DNA of 64,000 nt, from the NCBI RefSeq assembly GCF_006345805.1, contig NC_043003.1, positions 96,906,001 to 96,970,000 of the forward strand. Reading direction: 5' to 3'. Position 1 is the first letter of the stretch, and the number at the start of each line of letters is the position of its first letter. Of this stretch, positions 54,176 through 64,000 are shown piece after piece. The position numbers and the translations under genes are program-made. Under the pieces are notes generated by a model. The model was not told the origin of the DNA. It searched no databases and worked only from the letters and a program-made list of their open reading frames with translations. The stretch comes from Octopus sinensis. Its lineage: Eukaryota.

Positions 54176-54696
54176 CTTCTTCTTCTTCTTCTTCTTCTTC
54201 TTCTTCTTCTTCTTCTTCCAATCAGGACTCACGCCATTAGCCACAAAGAATAATCTCTAATTCGATCCTACTCTAAGCTACTAAGAATGCGTGTGGCAAC
54301 TTGAAGATCCACCCACCACACCCGATAGACTGGCGGTTGCACGAGCGCGAAAGCTACGTTGTTATCCTCATTCCGTAAACGGTGGCTTTTAAAGGGTGGA
54401 GAGCTGAACCATCCTGGGGTACAGAGGATTCGCAATCTAGACCAGGGTCTGAAAGTTTACCACACCATACTGGGTTACACCATGGTTCCTCTGCTTTGTG
54501 GCAGAAGTAGGAAGAAAGAGTGAGAGAAAGTTGTGGTGAAAGAGTACAGCGGAGTTCACCACCACCCCCGCCGGAGCCTCGTAGAGCTTAGGTGTTTTTG
54601 CACAATAAACACTCACAATGCCCGGTCTGGGAATCGAAACCGCGTTCTTACGACCGCGAGTCCGCTGCCCTAACCACTGGGCCATTACGCCTCCAC
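54176..54696 (-). mobile_element. full-length tRNA-derived SINE (tail type B)
   Basis: Same head as 50606; its ~330-nt tail is different, is shared with 835-1232 and ends in (GAA)n. Confidence 0.9.
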
Positions 54697-54884
54697 ACGT
54701 GTTGTTGGCAGCGAATGATCGGCGGAATAATGATGTAACTAAATTAATCGTTATCGCCCGATTTAAAATTAACTGTTTCCTTTTATTACTTTTATGTATT
54801 ATTTCACATATGCCGTATCGGTCTGTTGAAATTTCGTCTGTAATTTCCTATTGATAAACCTTGCATGGTTATCTTATATACGTT

Positions 54885-55115
54885 ATCTTTTATCCTTTAC
54901 TTGTTTCTGTCATTAGACTGCAGCCATGCTGGGGCACAGTCTTGAAGAGATTTTAGTCGGATGAATCGACCCAGTACTTATTCTATTAGTCTATTTTGTA
55001 GAACTGCTAAGTTACAAGGACGTAAACAAACACCAGTAGTCAAGCGGTGGTGGGGATCATCCTCAGAAACAAGAAACAAGGGCACACACATCACGCATAT
55101 ATGTAGTATATATAT

Positions 55116-55187
<72 letters not shown>

Positions 55188-55337
55188 CGGGCTCTTTTTA
55201 GTTTCCTTCTACCAAATCCCCTCGCAAAACTTTGGTCAGCTTGAGGCTATAGTTGAATAAACTTGCCAAAGGGCCCACACAGTAGGACTGAACCTGGAAT
55301 CTTGCGATTGAGGAGCAAATTTCTTACTACACAACCA
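54885..55337 (-). mobile_element. abundant tRNA-derived SINE, degenerate
   Basis: Homologous to 9435-9849. Confidence 0.75.
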
Positions 55338-55394
55338 TATATATATATAATATATATATATATAATATATATATATATACACAGATACACATAT

Positions 55395-56785
55395 ACATAA
55401 CGGGAAGCTTTATGAAAATAAACAAAAGACGAAGGCAGGTGGAAAACAAACGAACAATTGTATTAGTATGGCGCTCAGGAAATATAAATAAAACAAGTCT
55501 TTAACGTTTCGAGCCTACGCTCTTCAACAGAAAGATACACAGAGAGAGAAAAAACACAGAAAGAAGGAGAGAAAAAAAATGCGTGCAGTAGAACGAATCA
55601 ACATGGCGATCTGATTTCGGCCAGAGGTCAAAGATCAAACATGAGACGCGAGAGCGCGAAATAAGGGGAGATAATAGGGTTGAAATGGGTTGAGGGACCA
55701 GCTAAAAGTGCGTGGGAGGGGTCTGGATGTGTGTATGTATAGGGTTGGTGTATGTATTAGTATGTATAAGGGTGTGTGTGTGTGGGTGTGTGTGTGTGTT
55801 ATGAGAGAGTATTAGTGCGTAAGATTGGTCTGGACGTGCGTATGTATGGGGTGGTGTATGTATTAGTATGTATTAGTATGTATTAGTACGTATTGGTATG
55901 TATAGGTGTGTGTGTGTGTGTGTGAGAGAGTATAAGTGCGTATGCGGGGTCTGGACGTGTGTATGTATAGGGTTGGTGTAAGTATTAGTATGTACTAGTA
56001 TGTATTAGTACGTATTAGTATGTATTAGTTGGTGTGTGTATTAGTATGGCACATCATATGTGATGTGATGTGTAAAGTCATGTGGTGTAGTGAGGAGAAG
56101 AGGGGGACGGGGAGAAGAGGGGGAGGGGAGAAGAGGGGGACGGGGAGAAGAGGGGGAGGGGAGAAGAGGGGGACGGGGAGAAGAGGGGGAGGGGAGGAAG
56201 AGGGGGGGGGGAGAAGGGGAGGGGAAGAAGAGGGGGGAGAGGAGAAGGGGGGGGAGGGAGGAGAGGATGGGGAGAAGGAAGGGGGGAGATGAGGGGGAGA
56301 GAGAAGGGGAGAGAGGGAGTGAGGGAGCAGAGGGAAGGGAAAGAGGGAGGGAGAAAGAGGGAAGAAGGGAAGGGGAGTAGGGGTGTGAAAGGATGAAGGA
56401 CTGAAGAAGTAGGGGTCGGGGGGGAGAAAGGATAGGTGAGGAGGGGGTGAGGTTAGATGAGGAGGGGGGGAGAGTTGAGACCAAATGGCGTATAAGAGAG
56501 AGAGAGAGAGATTAATTCCTGTTCACGGCGCAAACGGGAATCCGGATGGCCTCTGTGTAAGGACAAACCGAACACAGATAGGTGTTGCAAGGAGTGACCG
56601 GTGGAGCGGAAATGGCGTGAGACCGGTGTGTCGTTCGCAAGGTGGATGTCACGAAGGTGTTCCGCGAACCGGTCAGCCAAGCGGCGTCCCGTTTGTCCGA
56701 TGTACAAGGAATTGCAGAGAGAGCAAGAGATGCAATAGATAATATTGCTGGAGGTGCAGGTGAAGGAGTGGATGATGGGATACAT
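55395..56785 (-). mobile_element. Penelope-like (Neptune-type) element, 3' part
   Basis: ORF 56453-56785: HSFTCTSSNIIYCISCSLCNSLYIGQTGRRLADRFAEHLRDI..VSRHF..REQELI..PFGLN; then a low-complexity spacer and a pLTR with a hammerhead motif. Confidence 0.88.
55498..55535 (-). ncRNA. minimal hammerhead-like motif (A6U) in pLTR
   Basis: TCTTT-CTGTTGA-A-GAGC-GTAG-GCTC-GAAA-CG-TT-AAAGA. Confidence 0.55.
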
Positions 56786-57640
56786 GCATATGTATATATA
56801 TATAGATATATAATTTTTTTAAAGATTATATTTATATATATATGTATTTATATATGAAGCGCGCGCGTAGGTGTGTCTGTAAGATCCAGGAGTGTGCAAG
56901 GTTCATGAGTGTGTGTGTGCGTGTGGAAAGTTCATAAACTGGGAACGTTAGTAACAGCCTAACGATAATTATTATACACGGCATGAGAAAATGGAGTGAT
57001 TTGAAGAAATTAGAAATATTCCTCAAAGAAATAACAACATACTATGGAATTTTGATTTGGCAGCAAGGGACAACAATGAGAACATGTCTATCCCTCATTT
57101 GGTGCTTCCGAATCAAATGTAGGATTTTCAATGATAAATATAAATTTCATAAAACACTACACCGTTAAGTTGCATAAATAAAATGAGACTCAAGAGCTAA
57201 GAAAAAATAGCTAAAAAAGGCTAACGCTCTGCATGGAATTTGATAACAAACTCAATGATACTGAAGATATATATTTGTACAAGACTTCATACTACCTCCT
57301 CCTTTTCTCTCTCCCTCACTCTCTCGGTAAGTATTTGTAGGGGTCTGAATTATAGCTGTAAGGTTGAAGTAGGCGCAGGTATGTGTGTTTTGTAAAGAAG
57401 TTTGCTTCCTATTAACACAGTTTCGGGTTCAGTTCCACATATCCCCTTGAGCAAGTGTCTTCTATAGCCCCGAGCCTTGTGAGTAAATTTGGTAAACAGA
57501 AACTGAAATAAGCTGGTTTTATATATATATATATATATATACCAGAGTAAGCACATAAATGCGAAACAAGGTGAAAAAAGGTGTACTCGAATAACAGAGG
57601 TAAAGAAATATGCTTTATTAAAAAGCAACAAAAATATAAA

Positions 57641-57686
57641 AAAACTGTTACTCAGAGTTTCACGTTCCCGTTCGTCGGACAGTTTT
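57641..57686 (-). ncRNA. compact type-I hammerhead ribozyme motif (U4C core, GUA site)
   Basis: AAAACTGT-CCGACGA-ACG-GGAA-CGT-GAAA-CTCTGAG-TA-ACAGTTTT, in a ~195-nt island (57541-57735) flanked by (TA)n. Confidence 0.8.
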
Positions 57687-57746
57687 GTTTACAATGGAGC
57701 AAGATAAAGTTATATGCAGAAATACAATTACTTTGATATATATATA

Positions 57747-57781
<35 letters not shown>

Positions 57782-57782
57782 T

Positions 57783-58190
57783 TCCCACTGCGTGGCACCT
57801 TGGGCAAGTGTCTTCCCCGGGCCGAAAAAAGCCTTGTGAGTGGATTTGATTGACGAAAAGTGAAAGAAGCACGTCGTATGTGTGTGCATGTAGGGTGGGG
57901 GGCGTGCATGTGTTTCTATATTTGCCCCCCCTCCCACTATCGTGTGACAACTGGTGTTGCTGAGTTTACGTCTCCGTGCCATTGTATTTGAATCTGTTCC
58001 CCCATTGCGCGACAACTGGTGGTGGTTTATTTACTACCCTGTAACTTAGCAGTTCGGCAAAAATAGCCGATAGAATAGATAGAAGAAATTAAAAACTGAA
58101 GTAGTGGGGTCGATTTGTTGGACAAAAACTATTCAGAGTGGCGCCCCAGCATGGCCGCAGTCCAATGAATGAAATAGGCAAAAGGTAACA
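57783..58190 (+). mobile_element. abundant tRNA-derived SINE, 5'-truncated
   Basis: TCCCACTGCGTGGCACCTTGGGCAAGTG..CCCCAGCATGGCCGCAGTC; another 5' piece at 57369-57518. Confidence 0.75.
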
Positions 58191-58569
58191 GATAAATGAT
58201 ACTAAAAGTCACACATGGTAGAAATACAATTTGTTCGCGTTCTCTATTAACATATAACCATTTTCCGATATTTTGCAATCTCACTTATACGCATGTTTGG
58301 CAATATAAAACTGTGACTGTTATACCTGGGTACATGTGCACCTGAGAGAACCAGCATGATTATTTATTTTATGTGTGTAGCTATAAACATTTATGTTTTC
58401 ACCACTGTCTCTTTCTCTACAGACACACGCAAGCACACACCCACACGCACAACAGAGGTTGCGGTGAATATATTGTTGTCCAAATTACGCAAAATGAAAA
58501 TAACACTGGCATCTCAGTTTAAGAGATATATTTACCAAAATTACATAAAAATATCTTGAAATACTAAAG

Positions 58570-59170
58570 GGTAAATTTGTTGAATAAAAACGCAATGGCT
58601 TCAACCACGGCCTCCAGACGACTTCGGAATCTCCTGCAACTCTTCTGGACTGTCTCCTTGTTTAAGTTGGTGAATGCTGCCATAATACTTGCCTTCAGTT
58701 CATCTTTGATGTTACAAGGAGTTTTGTCTCTTGCTCAGCTCCATCCCACTGATAATAATCAAGGGAGCTGCAGTCTGGAGAGTTAGGTGGCCAGGTATTA
58801 GGGGTGATGTGGGCGTAGAAATTGTCTGACAGTCATAACTGGGTTCTTCTGCTTGTGTGGCATGGTGCAGGGCCCTCTTGCCAGACATAGGGTCATCCAG
58901 CAGCCACCCTCATGGAGCAGGACAGGACTTTGATTTTCATCACTCTCGATACATGCATTGTTCTCAGATTGATATCCAAACACTCTGAAACGTGCGTATT
59001 GAAGGTTCCGGCGCGAATGCCAAGCAGTATAGCATGTCGTTTCCAAAATTCTGGCATAGTGAATTGCGTCATATTGGTGTTTCTCCAACAGACGGTGCCC
59101 ATCAGACCCTACTATACTGTGTAGTCGAGAAAATCAAGAACAAACAATGCAGATGCTCAAAATTGAATCC
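58570..59170 (-). mobile_element. Tc1/mariner (possibly maT/DD37D-like) internally deleted relic
   Basis: Minus strand reads ..NFYAHITPNTWPPNSPDCSSLDYY.W.., plus N-terminal remnants. Confidence 0.6.
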
Positions 59171-59224
59171 CAAAACTCTGCATGTGTGTGTATGTATATA
59201 AGAAAACAAAGTGTACGTACGCCG

Positions 59225-59277
<53 letters not shown>

Positions 59278-59362
59278 TATATACACACACACACAGGTAT
59301 GGTAATTAAGCATGAAAAATAGAACTCAAAATATGAGTATGTGCATATTTTTATTAATATTC

Positions 59363-59497
59363 AGCAGAAGTAACAAACTGGCTCAAGGTCCGAGAATTTC
59401 GTGCGTTAGCATTCATGAAATTTGCGTTTCATAAGTAAACTAGATAAGCGCCAAAGCACGAAACTCTCAGACCTTGAGTCACTCTGTTATTTCTGCT
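59363..59497. repeat. ~42-bp inverted repeat containing a hammerhead 3' half
   Basis: AGCAGAAGTAAC..TTTCGTGC / GCACGAAACTC..GAGTCACTCTGTTATTTCTGCT. Confidence 0.7.
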
Positions 59498-59500
59498 AAG

Positions 59501-59559
<59 letters not shown>

Positions 59560-59582
59560 CTGTGTGTGTGTGTATGTGTGTA

Positions 59583-60482
59583 TAGGGGTTTGATCAACAA
59601 GTACATGAACTGCTGCCATAGTAACAAAGCTAAAGCATGCAGAGTGAAGCCACTTGACTCAGATTCATCTGAAACTCTGCTGTGCATATGCACTAAGTTT
59701 GAACGTTCTAGCTCACTTACACTGTTTACAGCAGTGCTTGGAAGGAAGGTATATAGCATGTGATCGTCGCATTGACCATGACAGATAAAGTTGAGCAGAG
59801 AATTTACATCAAAGTTTGCCAAAAGCTTGACGATACCTGCTCAGAGGCCAACGCAAAGGTTTTAAAAAGTCTTCATCGTCCTCGACACCATCATGAAAAT
59901 CTTGTGAAACTGAAACCCGAGTGTCTTTTTGGTCAGCTGAAAGCAGTTTTGGCACAACCTTGCAGACACGCGTCTCATACCTAAATCCAAATCTTCAATG
60001 ATAATGAACTGAACTGAACCATAACTAATCTTCACATCCTCTGACAACTCATGGATGGTGATTCGACGATTTCCCCTCAAAGCTGCACACACATCTGCGA
60101 TGTTTTTCTCAATTCTGCTGGTTGCAGGTATCCTAGGACGTTCGTCAATATCGACATTTTTTACTAACTTGGAAACGTCTGAACTACTCGTACACTTGTG
60201 TACGGCTCATACACTCCTCTCCATACACTTTCTGCAACTTTGCGTAGGCCTCTGAGAAGGTATCGCCATGACAACTTTATTTGTCATGGTCAATGCGACG
60301 ATCACTCGCTACACACATTCTTTCCAAGCACTGCTGTAAACAGCGAATATGAACTAGAAAGTTAAAACTTAGTGCACATGCACAGCAGGGTTAAAGGTCA
60401 ATCTTTGCTAAGCGGCTTCACTCTACGTGCTTTCGCTGTGTTACTATGGCAACAGTCCGGATACTTATTGATGTGACCTCGT
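59583..60482. mobile_element. non-autonomous mariner made of two inverted 5' ends
   Basis: ~270-bp inverted arms, both containing MTDKVEQRI.IK.C / MTNKV; the minus arm continues with NRRITIHELSEDVKISYGSVQFII.EDL.MRRVSAR. Confidence 0.8.
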
Positions 60483-60483
60483 G

Positions 60484-60562
<79 letters not shown>

Positions 60563-60673
60563 GTATGTATATAGATATGTATATTTATATGTATGTATAT
60601 CTATATATATGTATGTATGTATATATAATATATATATATGTATATATACATATATATACGTATATATGTATTT

Positions 60674-61036
60674 AACATGCTTTCTGTGTTATGTCCCAAG
60701 AAGATTTTATATATTTTTATATATTTTTATATATTTTTATATATTTTTATGTATTTTTATATAATTTTTATGACGAAAAATGCGAGCGATGTATAAGTAC
60801 GCAGGCAAAGCAGAGTTATAACAGAGTAATTTCCCTTCATTTTTAACGGTATTTTTTCATAACGTTTTCAAATAGCCAGATAACCGAAGAGATGGTGTTG
60901 TGGATTTCCACTTCGGCATCTGAAACTCAGAGTTTTATCTTGACTACCGAGTAATGTAACATATTGTATAGATAAATTTCCTCTATTTACATAATATTGA
61001 GGTCTCTTTCTTTCTTTTGTTATCTTACCGTTTTAT

Positions 61037-61039
<3 letters not shown>
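60674..61039 (+). mobile_element. solo pseudo-LTR of the 48-50 kb PLE
   Basis: Identical to 50115-50470 except for one extra TATATTTTTA unit; flanked by (TA)n. Confidence 0.95.
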
Positions 61040-61083
<44 letters not shown>

Positions 61084-61120
61084 TGTATGTATATATATAG
61101 AGAGAGAGAGAGACAGACAG

Positions 61121-62280
61121 ATTTGGCAAGAAAGTAATTGCGTTTTTTAGTGTGAAATAAAAGACTTTTTCATACAAAAAATTAACTTTATTCGATTATA
61201 TGTTTTCCATTTTGTTAGATGATCTGTTGCCATCTTTCTGGCGAGTTCATGATCCCGCGCTCATAGAATTTATCAGTCAAAAACTGAAGCAAGTGTGATT
61301 TCAGGTCATCATCATTATTGAAAGTTTTTCCATTCGAAGAATTTTGCATGCTTCGAAAAAAAATGGTAATCTGATGATGCAAGGGCTGTATTGTGGATCT
61401 AACATCACTTCCCAACCATGCTCCAATAATTTTTCACTTATTTGCAAAGGCGTGTGTGGCCTAGCGTTGTCATGATGGAACACGATTCCTTTACTATTTG
61501 TAATCCCACCAAATTCCTTTACCTTTGTAATCCCACCAAATTGACAGCATGGCCTTTTTTTAATGCAATTCAGTTTTCGATGTGGTTTGTGCTGGTTCAT
61601 TACGCTTGGACCATGATCGTTTTCGACTGATGTTATTGTAGACAATCAATTTTTCATCACCAGTGATGATTCGTTTCAAAACAAGGTCAATTTCATTCCG
61701 TTTGAGAGGCATATCGCAAATATTGATCCGTTGTGTTAATTGAATCTCTTTCAATTTATGTGGAACCCAAATATCAAGAAATTTTAAGTGATTTTCAATT
61801 GCTGTGTGTAACACATTTAATCTCTCTGCAATCTCTTGCACAGTTAAATGACAATCAGATTCAATTATGGCTTTGATTTGGTCATCATCGACTTCAATAG
61901 GTCGACGAGAACGTTGGTCATCTTTGAGTGAAAATCTCCAGAACGGAATTTTTAAAACCATTTGTGACATGTGCGTTCTGATAAGCAATCAACATCATAA
62001 ACTTCACATATCTCTTTGTGAGCCTCAACAGATTTCTTGCCTTTACAGAAATAAAAAAAGTTAAATATGGCGAAAATGTTCGTTTTTGCACTCCATGTTA
62101 AAACTGACACTGAACTAGCAGCTGTAAACAAAATTACACACTATTTGCTTCTAAAGTAAGCTAAAGAAACGGCTGTCAAATGTCAATAGGAAAAAAAATC
62201 ATAACATTGACAAAAGTCTTTCAAAATAATTGCAACTCTAGCTATTTGAGAAAAACAAAAATTACTTTTTTGCCAACCCA

Positions 62281-62283
<3 letters not shown>
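61121..62283 (-). mobile_element. near-full-length degenerate mariner (Hsmar1/cecropia-like TIR)
   Basis: TIR TTGGGTTGGCAAAAAAGTAATT; broken transposase with WVPHKL, IITGDEKLIVYNN..RKRSW, HDNARPH and QYSP. Confidence 0.9.
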
Positions 62284-62315
<32 letters not shown>

Positions 62316-62494
62316 TGCCATAAGCAGTACAATTCTAAAGGAGGCCTCAAAAAACATTTTAAGGTCCACAAAGATCAGAAGCTTACTGCAGCTCTTAGTG
62401 GTCTAAATCGGATATGCAATTTATGTGGATGTTTTTCAAAACATTGTCTTGTTTAAAAAGCCACATCAGACGTGTGTGTGTGTGTGTGTGTATG

Positions 62495-62610
62495 TACTGG
62501 GGCTGCCCAAAATAATGGAAACACCTTAACATTTCAAACAAATTTATTTTGATATGGGGTTGGACCGCCTTCGGCAGTAATTACAGCTTGAATTCTAAGA
62601 GGTACGCCTT
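62495..62610 (-). mobile_element. Tc1 3' terminus fragment
   Basis: PLRIQAVITAEGGPTPY followed by a TIR-like end. Confidence 0.65.
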
Positions 62611-63230
62611 CAACGTCGATATGTAAGATGGTACCATCTGGCAGTTTTATCTGATCTGGTATACTTTCTATCGTCTCTTGATTTGCTAAAACCAAGATTT
62701 TGAAAGCCTGGCCTATCCAATTCTGTTGATCTAGGACGGCAATTTCCCAGATATTAATAACTTCAAAATTGTAGCAGATGGCTGACACCAGCCATTGAGC
62801 TTCACTTTCAGAGAGCACATCTTTGATTTTTATTTTTGTGACCCTACGGTCTAGGTACGTAGGGATCATTACTATTTCATCAGACTCAAGTGATTCTATA
62901 GAAAACGCTTTAGTTTGCTCCTCTGATTCAAATCTGACTTCGATTGTGGTAAATTTTTTGTCCCTTGTAATGTATTTTTTGTGTGCCCGTATGAGCCTTA
63001 AACATTTTTCAATTTTTTTGTTGATTTATGTTTTGGGAGTTTGTCGTTTGTAAATCTATTGTCTTGCATATAATTGTTTGTTTTTGTTTTGTTAATATTT
63101 TCCAAAATGTGTTGTGGTGTGTTTAGCTTTATTGTATTAGCCTCCTTAGATAAAAGGTGTCTTGTTTTCATTAATTGTTGTGGTGCAAATGAAACAGCTC
63201 GTTTTCTTTGCCTCGAAACTGAAGCAAAGT
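62610..63230 (-). mobile_element. probable LINE ORF1/gag-like fragment
   Basis: IPTYLDRRVTKIKI..IPDQIKLPDGTILHIDVEG resembles the region preceding the zinc knuckle of LINE ORF1 proteins. Confidence 0.45.
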
Positions 63231-63619
63231 TACTTTGTTCATGGTGGTGGTGGTGATGGTGGTGGTGGCAGTAGCGGAGACAGTGGTGGTGGCAATGGTA
63301 GTGGCAGTAGACATTTGTTCATTCTTCTTGCTTTCCCTTCCCACTTGCTTCCTTTGTTCGACTGTGTGTGTGAATGTGATTCAATGCATGGCCGCTTCAG
63401 CCAAGTTATCCATTTCTCAAGACAGACTTAAAAAATGTTTTCAAAATGGAATTTCAAATTCGAAAATACACTCGCAGGGGCTGGATTTTCGGAAGACCGA
63501 ATCAATCACATGAAAGCTGATGTTGTTAACCAACTGTTGACAAAAATTCAATATAACAAACATAAATGAATACAAGAAACTGTTTAGACTTACGCAGACG
63601 AAAACGATGCCGCCCAATC

Positions 63620-63701
<82 letters not shown>

Positions 63702-63918
63702 AGGATGGATGGATGGATGGATGGATGGATGGATGGATGGATGGATGGATGGATTGACGGATGGATAGATGGATGGATAGAGGGATGGATGGATGGATGG
63801 ATGGATGGATGGATGGATGGATGGATGGATGGATAGATGGACGGATGGATGGATAGATGGATGGATGGATGGATGGATGGATGGATGGACGGATGGACGG
63901 ACGGATGGATAGATGGAT
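63620..63918. repeat. (GATA)n/(GGAT)n tetranucleotide repeat
   Basis: Read directly from the sequence. Confidence 0.95.
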
Positions 63919-64000
63919 CAATTGTAGAGTTCTATTACCATAGGAACAATCTGTGGATATAGAGATTAGCTGCTTCTCGGCTAACAAAATGATGTGTACC

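Overview
AT-rich, microsatellite-dense animal DNA, intronic or intergenic. The SINE repertoire suggests a cephalopod, probably Octopus; this is inferred from recall, not verified by search. No intact host gene is supported, and most of the supplied ORFs are microsatellite translations. The window is a mosaic of mobile-element remnants: several tRNA-derived SINE families, degenerate LINEs (CR1/L2, RTE, R4/Dong), Tc1/mariner relics and piggyBac-type MITEs. It also holds at least five Penelope-like elements (PLEs), including a young RT+GIY-YIG copy with inverted pseudo-LTRs (48143-50470) and a near-identical solo pLTR (60674-61039). The main hidden signal is about ten type-I hammerhead ribozyme folds, mostly in short islands inserted into (TA)n. 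Three unrelated families among them share a non-canonical CCGANGA (U4C) core with palindromic stem III. Also notable are a PLE whose endonuclease is interrupted by a ~340-nt 28S rRNA fragment, and one tRNA SINE head joined to three different 3' tails.
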